Shown here piece by piece: positions 8,647-18,113 of a stretch of DNA of 32,000 nucleotides. The stretch covers positions 2,400,001 through 2,432,000 of the forward strand of contig FP565575.1 of the NCBI GenBank assembly GCA_000091165.1, read 5' to 3'. This stretch comes from Candidatus Methylomirabilis oxygeniifera. Its GTDB lineage: Bacteria; Methylomirabilota; Methylomirabilia; Methylomirabilales; Methylomirabilaceae. The position numbers were made by a program, and so were the translations under genes. Under the pieces are notes generated by a model. That model did no database searches and was not told where the DNA came from. It saw only the letters and a list, made by a program, of their open reading frames with translations. Position 1 is the stretch's first letter, and each line of letters begins with the position of its first letter.

Positions 8647-9045
8647 GTGTTCATGGGCCTGCGCCAGGAGATCCTGGGAATTCTTGAAGGTTAACCGGCT
8701 CATAGCGAGGTCATATGGAAGCCAGTCGAAGCCGATATGTTCATCGGAGAGGCTGACCTCGGACCAATCTGTTTCTGCGAGGAAGTAGATGACGAGCTTG
8801 AAGATTCCGATCCCTTTCTGACGGAAAAAATATCGGAGCGACTGTTTGTAGCCGTCTACAAAGCTGAGATCGGAGATTCCGGTCTCCTCCTTCAACTCGC
8901 GCATGGCCGTTTGTTGCGCGTCTTCGCCAGGTTCGATATGGCCCTTTGGAAAGTCCCAGTGGCCTGATTCGTAATGGAGCAGCAGGTAGTGCGGTTCCGG
9001 CGTCCGCCGAAACAGGATTACCCCTGCCGAGATCTCGCGTGCCAT
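8608..9045 (-). CDS. NUDIX hydrolase (diadenosine tetraphosphatase-like)
   Basis: NUDIX box GHIEPGEDAQQTAMRELKEETGI; SAGVILFRR N-terminus. Confidence 0.92.
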   Translation of the reverse strand: MAREISAGVILFRRTPEPHYLLLHYESGHWDFPKGHIEPGEDAQQTAMRELKEETGISDLSFVDGYKQSLRYFFRQKGIGIFKLVIYFLAETDWSEVSLSDEHIGFDWLPYDLAMSRLTFKNSQDLLAQAHEHLRAARPSGQGDE

Positions 9046-9139
9046 ATCACCTCAATCTTGCTCAACTCGCTTACTCTGTAACAAAGATGAGCGGTGTTAA
9101 ATCGTACGCCATTTTCTGCTTTCCTCAGGATACCCATTA

Positions 9140-9150
9140 TGCTATATAGT
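9140..9150 (+). promoter_or_regulatory. Candidate extended -10 element (TGCTATATAGT)
   Basis: TG-N-TATATA/TATAGT located 6-10 nt before the ATG at 9156; no good -35 seen. Confidence 0.35.
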
Positions 9151-9155
9151 ATCAC

Positions 9156-9473
9156 ATGAACAGCAGGTCGGTTTCATGCCCGCCGTTTAAGGTCTATGGC
9201 ATCAATCTGGTGGTCAGGATGCTTCGGGAACCGCCGGATAGCCTGACGATTCACTGTCCGCGTGGCGCCTCCATCAGATACGGCCAGGTCGTGATGGCCG
9301 GCGACGGTTTTGATGAAGGGTCCAATTCCTTTCGGGAGATGCCTCCGCTTGAAGCGATTGTCGCCTTCGAGGAGGCCTCCGAAGGCGTAGAAGGGCACTA
9401 TTTCTACCGGAACAACGAGGAGTACCGAATCCTTTCGCTGGATTCGATCATCATCGCCTTCCCTCAGCCATAG
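9156..9473 (+). CDS. Small protein resembling a divergent single-domain GroES/Cpn10-like fold
   Basis: GINLVVRMLREPP...GQVVMAGDGFDEG...PLEAIVAFEEASEGVEGHYFYRNNEEYRILSLDSIIIAF matches the order of GroES elements (RV-V, G-V-A-G-G, G--V-F, EE--I----ILA). No GroEL neighbour. Confidence 0.55.
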   Translation: MNSRSVSCPPFKVYGINLVVRMLREPPDSLTIHCPRGASIRYGQVVMAGDGFDEGSNSFREMPPLEAIVAFEEASEGVEGHYFYRNNEEYRILSLDSIIIAFPQP

Positions 9474-9546
9474 CTCCTCTCTGACTTCTATCCGTACTCG
9501 CTTCAGTATGCGACGGTCCTCGTCCGCCCGATCTCTCATGGATTCT

Positions 9547-10524
9547 TTATGAGAGAGGTCGTTCTGCCAGCAGTCTCTCAATGTCGGCCTTAGCGGGCAG
9601 TGATTCTTGCGCACCGCGCCTGGTCGTGGTCAAGGCGCCGGCCGCATTCGCTATGCGCACGGCGTCCTCCAACAACCGGAATCGGCCGGCGTGAAGCGCG
9701 TCGGCCGGAGACTCCCCGGCCATCGCCATAGCCAGCGCGCCGTTGAACGCGTCACCGGCGGCGGTGGTATCGACAGCCTCGACCGGAAAGGCCGGCAGAT
9801 GTCGCATGCCGGAGGCTGCGCACAGCAACGTTCCCTGAGAGCCACGCGTCACAATGACGACGTGAGGGCCGCGCGTAAGCAGCGTCTTGGCTGCTGCTAC
9901 AGCGCTGGGCAGGTCGGAGACGGCGATCCCCGTCAATGCTTCGGCCTCGGTCTCGTTCGGCGTCAGCAGATCGACATGGCACAGCAGATCGTCCGACAAA
10001 GGGCGCGCAGGCGCCGGATTCAGGATGGTCATCATCCCGTGGGCCTTAGCGAACCGTAGCGCACGCTCGACGGTCACGATCGGGATTTCGAGTTGTACAA
10101 GCATAACGGTTCCTTGGGCCAGGAAGGGCTCGTGCTGCTCAACGTCTACCGGCAGGAGCAACCGATTGCTGCCTGGCGCCACGGCGATCTGATTCCGTCC
10201 CTGTCGATCAACAACAATGAGGGCAACGCCTGTCGGCGCCGACTCGTGTCGAAGCAGGCCGTCGGCCGGCAGTCCCGCTGCGGTGAGGTCGCGGCAAATC
10301 CGGTCGCCGAACGGATCGCGCCCGAGCTTCGTGAGAAACCGGACATCAGCTCCCGCCCGAAGCGCTGCGATGGCCTGATTCGCGCCTTTCCCACCGTTCG
10401 AGAGAAGCAGTGCGCCGCCGAGGACCGTCTCTCCCTCTCGCGGCAGTGTGGAGACAGTCACGGTCACATCAAGGTTGGCGCTCCCGATGACGACAACCTG
10501 TCCGCTCAGGTGAGCGGCCGGCAT
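9547..10524 (-). CDS. rbsK: Ribokinase, PfkB family (start chosen at internal Met, LSGQVVVIGSANLD)
   Basis: VVIGSANLDVTVTVS, GGKGANQAIAALRAG, NPAPAR, NETEAEALTG, VDTTAAGDAFNGALA motifs. Confidence 0.92.
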   Translation of the reverse strand: MPAAHLSGQVVVIGSANLDVTVTVSTLPREGETVLGGALLLSNGGKGANQAIAALRAGADVRFLTKLGRDPFGDRICRDLTAAGLPADGLLRHESAPTGVALIVVDRQGRNQIAVAPGSNRLLLPVDVEQHEPFLAQGTVMLVQLEIPIVTVERALRFAKAHGMMTILNPAPARPLSDDLLCHVDLLTPNETEAEALTGIAVSDLPSAVAAAKTLLTRGPHVVIVTRGSQGTLLCAASGMRHLPAFPVEAVDTTAAGDAFNGALAMAMAGESPADALHAGRFRLLEDAVRIANAAGALTTTRRGAQESLPAKADIERLLAERPLS

Positions 10525-11492
10525 ATCCGCTCCAGGAAAAGGGCCATGAACCGTCCGGCATCTACCTCCATACAGACCTGAAGATTCGGCGGCTGTTTCC
10601 ATTCCTCCCTGATCTGACGTCTGTCGGCAATGGTCATCCCTTGCGCTGAACCGTCGCCTGTCTCCACTTCGACGTGCAGTGGCCGACGCACCACAAGTGA
10701 CGGATCGATCACGACACCGACGGCAAGCGGATCATGGAGCGGGATCGCAGCGCACCCCGACCGCTCTTGTTCAATGCCGAACAGTCGCTCAGTGACATCG
10801 CGGACGAACCGGGTCACGCGACTGCCGACATGTCGAACGACGGCCTCAATCAACTCCGCCCTGAGCATGACCCGCTGTGTGACATCCAAGGGAACGAGAG
10901 TAATCGGCAAGCCGGAGGTGAACACCAGCCTGGCGGCCTCGGGATCGGTATAGAGATTAAACTCCGCTCCGGGTGTAACGTTGCCCGGCCCTTGGATCGC
11001 CCCGCCCATAATGACGATCTCTTTGACCTTCGCCATCTCGGTTGGGGCCGCCTGGATCGCCATCGCCAGGTTGGTCAACGGCCCAATGCAGATCACGACG
11101 ATCTCCCCGGGAGCGCCACTAATGAGTTCGGCAATCAATGCCGGGGCGGATTGGGATGCGAGACGTTGTTGCGGTTCGGGGTATCGGAGTACCCCAGCCT
11201 CTGTCCTGAAACGAGAAAGGTCTCCGAGACCGTCCTCGCCGTGGTAACTCTCGGCAGTACGCAGCGGCCGCGTCATGGGATGTGTCGCGCCCTTCGCTAC
11301 CGGGGGTCGTGGGTGCGGATCCGTCACCTCAAGCAGCAGGCTGGTGTTCCGCACCGCCTGCGCGACCGTGACATTACCGGCCACGGTCGTGATCGCCTCA
11401 ACCGATAACTCCGGCGAGGCGAGAGCGAGGATCAGCGCCAGCGCATCATCAATGCCCGGATCGGTGTCGATAATCACGCGTATCTTGGACAT
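10506..11492 (-). CDS. Inosine/uridine-preferring nucleoside hydrolase
   Basis: IIDTDPGIDDALALILAL, TTVAGNV, GPLTNLAMAI, MGGA, NLYTDPEAA, HDPLAVGVVIDP. Overlaps the ribokinase start by 19 nt. Confidence 0.94.
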   Translation of the reverse strand: MSKIRVIIDTDPGIDDALALILALASPELSVEAITTVAGNVTVAQAVRNTSLLLEVTDPHPRPPVAKGATHPMTRPLRTAESYHGEDGLGDLSRFRTEAGVLRYPEPQQRLASQSAPALIAELISGAPGEIVVICIGPLTNLAMAIQAAPTEMAKVKEIVIMGGAIQGPGNVTPGAEFNLYTDPEAARLVFTSGLPITLVPLDVTQRVMLRAELIEAVVRHVGSRVTRFVRDVTERLFGIEQERSGCAAIPLHDPLAVGVVIDPSLVVRRPLHVEVETGDGSAQGMTIADRRQIREEWKQPPNLQVCMEVDAGRFMALFLERICRPLT

Positions 11493-11698
11493 CTATTCGG
11501 CTCCTGTGCAGGTATTGTAATCGAGTTTGGCTCGATCTGCTACCCCAAGTATCCGGGATTAAGATGAACGGCCGCCAATGGTGCACCTGTCACGGCATCG
11601 TAGCGTTTTTCCTGTTGACCCTCTGGGGCTATGTCTGTTAAGGTGTAACGCGTCTTTCGGGGCAACAGCTATTCGATTTGCAATCCGCGGAGGTCACG

Positions 11699-12265
11699 AT
11701 GTCGGGATCGGCCCATCACCACTGGACACGAAGAGCCTTCCTGAGGGCCTCTCTTGTCTCCGCCCTTGCGCTCGTCGGCAGGCCGGCGTGGGCGCAGGAG
11801 CTGGTCATCCCTTCGGGCCAGGAGGGGAGGATCGCACTGTATAACACCCACACCCACGAACGACTGGATGTCACGTACCGGCAGCCGTCCGGTGAGTACG
11901 ATGCGGATGCGCTGAGCGCCATCGATCAGCTTCTGCGATGCCACTATACCAATAAAGTCGCCAAGATGGATGTCGGCGTGATCGAGTTTGTGAACGCCCT
12001 GGATAAGCGGTTAGGCGGGGGCAATGAGATTCATGTCATATCGGGTTTCAGGTCGCCTGAGTATAATAAACTGCTGCGACAAAGAAGTCGGCGTGTTGCC
12101 AGACACAGCCTCCATCAGTCCGGCAAGGCCATAGATCTCCGCATTCCGGGAGTTGGCCTGAATGCTATTCGGAAAATGGCTCTGGATTTACGGTCCGGCG
12201 GAGTCGGCTACTATCCCCGCAGAGGGTTCATCCACCTGGATTCCGGGCAGTTTAGGCACTGGTGA
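11699..12265 (+). CDS. Tat-exported DUF882 / peptidase M15-like (YcbK-type) protein
   Basis: RRAFLRASLVSALALVGRPAWAQ Tat signal; VISGFRSPEYNKLLR...VARHSLHQSGKAIDLRIPG; GGVGYYPRRGFIHLDSGQFRHW. GCGGAGG SD upstream of ATG at 11699. Confidence 0.88.
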   Translation: MSGSAHHHWTRRAFLRASLVSALALVGRPAWAQELVIPSGQEGRIALYNTHTHERLDVTYRQPSGEYDADALSAIDQLLRCHYTNKVAKMDVGVIEFVNALDKRLGGGNEIHVISGFRSPEYNKLLRQRSRRVARHSLHQSGKAIDLRIPGVGLNAIRKMALDLRSGGVGYYPRRGFIHLDSGQFRHW

Positions 12266-13134
12266 GTAGCCGGCCTCTTTGGCGGACCTTCATTGTCGCC
12301 TGCTTCCTCCTGTTATCCGCGCCCAGTGATCTCTGGAGTGCGACTTCTCCTCCTCCTTCCCGCTGTACCATTCAGTATCCCAGTGATACCAGGATAGATT
12401 GGGAATGCCGGCGGCTGCGCGCCCGCGAGACGCTGGAAACCCTGTTTGGGAACCAATGGGTGGATCTGGCCAGATTCAACCGGATCGATCGGCGTCATGC
12501 CATTCCTGGTGTTTCTCTGAAGGTCCCAAAGCGCCTTGAGGACGTGGCGGGCTTCACACCGATGCCCCAGGAGTACCCACTAGCGGCAGCAGAGGCGAAG
12601 CTCATCCTCGTAGATCTTGCGGAGCAGTTTCTCGGCGCCTATGAGCATGGTCGCTTGGCGTTCTCGGTGCCGATTGCCTCAGGCGAGCGGGAGAACGAAA
12701 CCCCGGCAGGCGAGTTTACAATTACTGCCGCCCACCGCCGCCATCATTCGTCCCGCTATACCATCGAGAAGACCGGTATTCCATATCCCATGAACTACGC
12801 CCTTCGGTTCCACACCAGTACGGACGGTATCGCATTCTGGATGCACGGGCGCGACATGCCCGGATATCCGGCCTCACACGGCTGCATCGGGCTCTACGAT
12901 GAGCCGATGCAGAAGAAGTACTACGGATACCCCCGCAAGCCGGTCCTTGAAGATGCCAGGACTCTCTATAATTGGGTATTAGCGCCGCTTCCTGAGGACG
13001 AGAAGTATCGGATCCTTGACAATGGGCCACGGGTGTTGATTGTAGGACATGCACCGGTTCGCATGCGACGATCGAGTCGGGATCACTCACGTACCCAACC
13101 TGCCCCTCGAATCGCTCCCGACGCCATACATTAA
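12262..13134 (+). CDS. L,D-transpeptidase (YkuD domain), secreted
   Basis: Signal peptide; LysM-like region; active-site motif HGRDMPGYPASHGCIGL; GTG start overlapping the previous stop. Confidence 0.9.
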   Translation: MSSRPLWRTFIVACFLLLSAPSDLWSATSPPPSRCTIQYPSDTRIDWECRRLRARETLETLFGNQWVDLARFNRIDRRHAIPGVSLKVPKRLEDVAGFTPMPQEYPLAAAEAKLILVDLAEQFLGAYEHGRLAFSVPIASGERENETPAGEFTITAAHRRHHSSRYTIEKTGIPYPMNYALRFHTSTDGIAFWMHGRDMPGYPASHGCIGLYDEPMQKKYYGYPRKPVLEDARTLYNWVLAPLPEDEKYRILDNGPRVLIVGHAPVRMRRSSRDHSRTQPAPRIAPDAIH

Positions 13135-13245
13135 GACGAAACCGATCCGCTGCGCCTGCCGAACCGGGAAGACCATTGTCACGTTCCTCCAGCAGGATAC
13201 TTGGCGCTTGGAATCCGGCGCCGGTCCGTGTAAGATACCCCTCCA

Positions 13246-14784
13246 ATGAAATACCGCTGGTTCGTCCGAGGCGATATCGACGGCTTCTTCGGCCTGTTCA
13301 TCGACAACCTGCTGCAGCTCATGGTGATCGCCGTGCTGGGCCGGGTGGTGAGCGGACTGCCCACTGAGCTGATCACCGGGCGGATCCTTCCTGGCGCTGC
13401 TGTCTCAATTCTGATCGGCAACCTCCTCTATGCCTGGCAGGCGAGGCGGCTGATGCGTGAGAGCGGCCGGACCGATGTGACCGCTCTGCCTTATGGCATC
13501 AATACCCCAAGCCTCCTCGCTTTCCTGTTCCTGATTATGGGACCGGTCTATCAGGAGACCGGCAATCCTACCTTGGCGTGGCAGGCCGGGTTGCTGGCCT
13601 GCCTGCTCAGCGGTATCATGGAGACGGCGGGAGCTTTTATTGGGGACTGGATGAGACGCCATACGCCACGGGCAGCGCTCCTGTCGGCGCTTGCGGGTGT
13701 GGCGATCACCTTCATCGCTATGGGTTTCACCTTCCAAATCTTTGCCGTCCCCGCAATCGCGCTGCTCCCGATGCTGATGATCCTGATCTCATATGCCTCG
13801 CATGTCCGCCTGCCGCTCGGAATACCCGGAGGGCTGGCCGCTGTCCTCGTCGGCACCGGTCTGGCGTGGATCTTGCGCGCGGCGGGTTTCGCGTATTTCC
13901 AGCCCTCAGTAGAGCCCTATCGTCTGGCCCTCTACCCCCCTATTCCGGCAGTGGGAGAGCTCCTTGCCGTACTGCAAGGGCCGATGGGATGGCGGTTCCT
14001 CTCGGTCATTGTCCCGATGGGACTGTTCAACGTCATCGGCTCACTCCAGAACCTGGAGAGCGCAGAGGCGGCCGGTGATCGATACCCGACGCGATCGTCG
14101 CTCCTGATCAACGGTATCGGCAGTGTGACCGCAGCCCTGTTCGGCAGCGCCTTCCCGACGACGATCTATATCGGGCATCCGGGCTGGAAGGCGATGGGCG
14201 CCAGGGCGGGCTACTCGATCCTGAACGGGACGGTCATTGCGGCCCTGTGCCTGCTCGGAGGGGTGACTCTGATCCTCCAGTATATTCCGATCGAGGCGAC
14301 CCTTGGCATCCTGGTGTGGATCGGGATCATCATCACGGCCCAAGCCTTCCAGGAGGTACCGAAACGGCATGCCCTGGCCGTAGCCTTCGGCCTCGTCCCG
14401 TCACTGGCGGCTTGGGCGCTCACCGTGATCGAGACGAGCGTGCAGAAGGCAGGCCGGACTCTGTTCGAGGTGGCGCCGGCCTTTGGCCGCGACCTGCATA
14501 TCTACGGTGTCATCTCCCTGAGCCAGGGGTTTCTGCTCAGTTCCATGATCCTTTCAGCGATGCTGGTGGCGGTCATAGAGCGGGAATTTCTAAAGGCCGT
14601 TGTCTGGGCCGCCATCGCTGCAGGGCTGTCGATGATCGGCCTGATCCATGCCTACGATCTGGTCCCCTCAGGGGTACAGAACAGGTTTGGAATTGCGGCG
14701 GCTCCTGAGTTTGCCCTGATGTATGGGCTGGGCGGTCTGTTCCTGCTGATGCTGCATCTGAACGAGAATCGGCGTTGCCCCTAG
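13246..14784 (+). CDS. NCS2-like (xanthine/uracil-type) membrane permease
   Basis: About 12 hydrophobic segments; DVTALPYGINTPS, NVIGSLQNLESAEAAGD, SSLLINGIGSVTAALFGSAFPTTIYIGHPGWK. Confidence 0.75.
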   Translation: MKYRWFVRGDIDGFFGLFIDNLLQLMVIAVLGRVVSGLPTELITGRILPGAAVSILIGNLLYAWQARRLMRESGRTDVTALPYGINTPSLLAFLFLIMGPVYQETGNPTLAWQAGLLACLLSGIMETAGAFIGDWMRRHTPRAALLSALAGVAITFIAMGFTFQIFAVPAIALLPMLMILISYASHVRLPLGIPGGLAAVLVGTGLAWILRAAGFAYFQPSVEPYRLALYPPIPAVGELLAVLQGPMGWRFLSVIVPMGLFNVIGSLQNLESAEAAGDRYPTRSSLLINGIGSVTAALFGSAFPTTIYIGHPGWKAMGARAGYSILNGTVIAALCLLGGVTLILQYIPIEATLGILVWIGIIITAQAFQEVPKRHALAVAFGLVPSLAAWALTVIETSVQKAGRTLFEVAPAFGRDLHIYGVISLSQGFLLSSMILSAMLVAVIEREFLKAVVWAAIAAGLSMIGLIHAYDLVPSGVQNRFGIAAAPEFALMYGLGGLFLLMLHLNENRRCP

Positions 14785-14999
14785 CAGTCTACCACCGCTC
14801 CACCTTCGAGAGGCCGCTAACTATCACCGCAAGCAGAAGCGCTAGGTCCGAGCTTGGATTGTGGGGTACCCTATACTCTGCTATGCTGATGTATGCTAGT
14901 ATTAGTTGTTGTCAATTGCCTGCCTTACGAGACACCGGATGGACTCTACGGCTGCAGAGAGAGATATGAGAGGGATCGCCAGGCGCGAGGAGGAGCTTC

Positions 15000-16307
15000 A
15001 TGGCTGACAGCTTGACCGTCATCGACAATCGAACTGAGAAGAAGTACGACATCCCCATTGAGCACGGAACGATTAAGGCCATGGATCTCCGACAGATCAA
15101 GACCTCTGATGGCGATTTCGGGTTGATGAGCTACGACCCGTCGTTCAGCAACACCGCGTGGTGCAAGAGCCAGATCACGTTTATTGACGGTGAGCAAGGG
15201 ATCTTGATGCATAGGGGCTATCCCATCGAACAGTTGGCCGAGAAAAGTACCTACCTGGAAACCGCGTACCTCCTGATCTACGGGGAGCTTCCCAGCGGCG
15301 AACAGATGGATGGATTCGTCAACCAGATCACACGTCATACCATGGTCCATGAGAACATCAAGAAGTTGATGGACGGTTTTCACCACGACGCCCACCCGAT
15401 GGGGATCCTCCTGGGGACGGTCGGCGCCCTCTCGACTTTCTATCCGGATGCCAAGGATATTATGGATCCAATGTCCCGCCAAAGGCAGATCATTCGTCTG
15501 ATCGCCAAGATGCCGACGCTGGCGGCGTATGCCTATCGACATAGTCGCGGACTGCCGTACGCCTACCCGGACAATAACCTGAGTTTTACCGGCAACTTCC
15601 TCAACATGCTATTCCGGATTACGGAGCCCACATACTACCCGCATCCTGTACTGGAAAGAGCTTTAGATGTTCTGTTTGTCCTGCACGCCGATCACGAACA
15701 GAACTGCAGTGCTTTAGCTATGCGGTCTGTGGGTAGCTCATACGTCGATCCCTACTCGGCTGTGGCTGCAGCCATAGCGGCCCTGTACGGTCCCCTGCAC
15801 GGAGGGGCCAATGAAGCCGTGCTCCGGATGTTGAAAGAGATCGGATCGAAGGACAAGGTGGCCGCGCACATTAAGCGGGTTAAGGCCGGCGAGCTGCGGT
15901 TGATGGGATTCGGGCACCGGGTCTACAAGAACTACGATCCCAGGGCCAAGGTCATCAAGCGGTTGGCCGAAGAGGTCTTTGAGGTGACGGGAAAAAATCC
16001 TCTGCTGGAGATCGCGCTCGAGCTGGAGAGAATCGCACTTCAGGACGAGTACTTCGTCGCGCGAAAGCTCTACCCGAACATTGATTTTTATACCGGCCTG
16101 ATCTACGAGGCGATGAAGTTTCCGGTGGATATGTTCCCGGTGCTCTTCGCCATCCCCAGGACCGCCGGGTGGGTTGCCCAGTGGGAGGAAATGCTCCTCG
16201 ACCCGGAACAGAAGATCGCGCGTCCCAGGCAGATCTATCTTGGTCAACAACGGCGCGACTATTACCCAATGGCCAACCGAGTGAGTCAGGCGCCGGGAAG
16301 AGAGTGA
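15000..16307 (+). CDS. gltA: Citrate synthase
   Basis: SQITFIDGEQGILMHRGYPIEQLAE, FHHDAHPMG, LHADHEQNCSALAMRSVGSS, LYGPLHGGANEAVLRML, MGFGHRVYKNYDPRAKVIK. GAGGAG SD. Confidence 0.97.
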   Translation: MADSLTVIDNRTEKKYDIPIEHGTIKAMDLRQIKTSDGDFGLMSYDPSFSNTAWCKSQITFIDGEQGILMHRGYPIEQLAEKSTYLETAYLLIYGELPSGEQMDGFVNQITRHTMVHENIKKLMDGFHHDAHPMGILLGTVGALSTFYPDAKDIMDPMSRQRQIIRLIAKMPTLAAYAYRHSRGLPYAYPDNNLSFTGNFLNMLFRITEPTYYPHPVLERALDVLFVLHADHEQNCSALAMRSVGSSYVDPYSAVAAAIAALYGPLHGGANEAVLRMLKEIGSKDKVAAHIKRVKAGELRLMGFGHRVYKNYDPRAKVIKRLAEEVFEVTGKNPLLEIALELERIALQDEYFVARKLYPNIDFYTGLIYEAMKFPVDMFPVLFAIPRTAGWVAQWEEMLLDPEQKIARPRQIYLGQQRRDYYPMANRVSQAPGRE

Positions 16308-16320
16308 TGAAGCGGATAGT

Positions 16321-17259
16321 ATGGCCATCATTACCGTTTCCAGACAGATCGGGAGCGGCGGCGACGAGATCGCCGTCCGGCTGGCCGAAGAGCTTCAGTT
16401 CACGCTTGTAGATCACGCCCTGATCGTCGAGTTGCTGAGCGCGCAAGACGTCTCGAAATCGGACGTCGACACGCTTGACGAGGGAGAATTCGAGGGAAAG
16501 CAACAGCAGCGCGAGCAGGATCGGGTCTATATGGATCTCCTACCTACACTGATCGCAGATCTCGCCTCAAAAAAGAATCTGGTGGTACTGGGCCGTGGGG
16601 GTCAATGCATCTTCCGAGGGTGTCCGAGCGCATTGCATGTGCGGGTAGTGGCCAGCGCAAAAGAGCGGGCCAGACGCCTTATGGACCGACGTACCATAGA
16701 AGAGGACTTCGCGGTTCGTCTGGTTGAGGAAAGCGACGAGGCCAGACGGCGCTTCATCCGGTATCACTACGGGGAAGATATCGACGACGCCGTTCACTAC
16801 GATCTGGTTGTGAATACAGATCGCGTGAGTGTGGGGACAGCGACGCGCCTCGTCCAAGCCGCAGCAGAGTTGACAGATCTCATGGGGAAGGAGCGGGGAA
16901 TCGAGCGTTGGCTTGAGGCCGCCCAACCACACCCCTTCGCTCATCCCAGCGAGGCGGAGTTTGCGAAGGTCCTGGATTTCTACCGGATACGATGGGAGTA
17001 TGAACCGAAGACATTTCCTCTCGCCTGGGACGACGCGGGCAATGCGACCGAAGCCTTCTCGCCGGACTTCTATCTGGTCGACTTCGATCTCTTTATCGAA
17101 CTGACCACGCTCAAGCAACGCCTGGTGACAGAAAAGAATCGGAAGATCAGACGGTTCCGAGAGCTGTATCCGGAGGTGGCGCTCAAGGTATTTTACGGGA
17201 GGGACTATCGCAACTTACTGACCAAGTATGGGCTTGCAGAAAGAGGAAGCTCCAAGTGA
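16321..17259 (+). CDS. Cytidylate kinase-like protein with a C-terminal domain resembling PD-(D/E)XK
   Basis: N-terminal ITVSRQIGSGGDEIAVRLAEEL and VVLGRGGQCIF typical of cytidylate-kinase-like proteins; C-terminal WEYEPKTFPL...FSPDFYLVDFDLFIELTTLKQRLVTEKNRKIRRFRELYP. Confidence 0.8.
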   Translation: MAIITVSRQIGSGGDEIAVRLAEELQFTLVDHALIVELLSAQDVSKSDVDTLDEGEFEGKQQQREQDRVYMDLLPTLIADLASKKNLVVLGRGGQCIFRGCPSALHVRVVASAKERARRLMDRRTIEEDFAVRLVEESDEARRRFIRYHYGEDIDDAVHYDLVVNTDRVSVGTATRLVQAAAELTDLMGKERGIERWLEAAQPHPFAHPSEAEFAKVLDFYRIRWEYEPKTFPLAWDDAGNATEAFSPDFYLVDFDLFIELTTLKQRLVTEKNRKIRRFRELYPEVALKVFYGRDYRNLLTKYGLAERGSSK

Positions 17260-17490
17260 CCTTTTGGCCCCTTTACATTCCCAGGCATACTACCCTTCAG
17301 CCTTTCCTGGTTTCCCTTGATTGTTCCATCAGCTTGCCGAGCCTGATGCGTTGCTCAAGGGCCCGGGAACTTCTGAATTACCCCGGTACTGTCAGGCCGC
17401 CAGACCTCTTGGAGCTACTAAGTATATATGGCTGGTTCGAGGTTTTGTCAAGGGGGAAACGGCTTGCCCGCAATGTTTTGAGGGTTCGAA

Positions 17491-18042
17491 ATGCACCATG
17501 ACATGATCGAGGACCTTGCTGAAGTACTGATTACAGAAGAGGCGATCGCTTATCGCGTGAAGGAATTGGGAGCTGACATTTCACGAGATTATTTTGGCAA
17601 AGAGCTTGTCGTTGCAGGTGTGCTGAGGGGGGCCTTGTTCTTCCTGGCCGATCTCGCAAGAGCCATATCCGTTCCGCTCGCAATCGATTTTATTTCTATT
17701 TCGAGTTATGGCCCCACGACCAAGGCCTCCGGCGTCGTCGGCATCAGAAAAGACCTCGATGAAAGTATCGGCGGTCGAGACCTCCTTGTCATAGAAGATA
17801 TCGTAGACACCGGCCTCACCCTGAGTTATCTGCTGAAGATCTTTCGAGCCCGCCAGCCGTCAAGCCTGCAAGTCTGCACGTTCCTGGACCGGAAGGTGCG
17901 TCGCATTATTGACCTCCCTATTGCCTATCGCGGATTTGAAATCCCCGAGCGGTTCGTAGTCGGCTATGGCCTCGACTACAACCAGCGCTACCGCAATCTG
18001 CCATGCATCGGCGTCCTGAAACCTGAGTGCATGGTGTCCTAG
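17491..18042 (+). CDS. hpt: Hypoxanthine phosphoribosyltransferase
   Basis: VVAGVLRGALFFLADLAR, DFISISSYG, LLVIEDIVDTGLTLSYLL, PERFVVGYGLDYNQRYRNLPCIGVLKP. Confidence 0.95.
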   Translation: MHHDMIEDLAEVLITEEAIAYRVKELGADISRDYFGKELVVAGVLRGALFFLADLARAISVPLAIDFISISSYGPTTKASGVVGIRKDLDESIGGRDLLVIEDIVDTGLTLSYLLKIFRARQPSSLQVCTFLDRKVRRIIDLPIAYRGFEIPERFVVGYGLDYNQRYRNLPCIGVLKPECMVS

Positions 18043-18113
18043 GGCCTCCAAGTCTCTCGACACCAGTACCGAGATATGGTAGAAGAGGGTCTCGCCTCTC
18101 GATGTTGTCCAGA

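Noticed and set aside
9532-9556. Inverted repeat TCTCTCAT / ATGAGAGA between the GroES-like and ribokinase genes as terminator
   Set aside because: 8-bp stem with 9-nt AT-rich loop, no adjacent T-run on either strand; support too weak.
14946-15542. 198-aa minus-strand ORF opposite citrate synthase
   Set aside because: Antisense frame of a highly conserved gene, no independent support.
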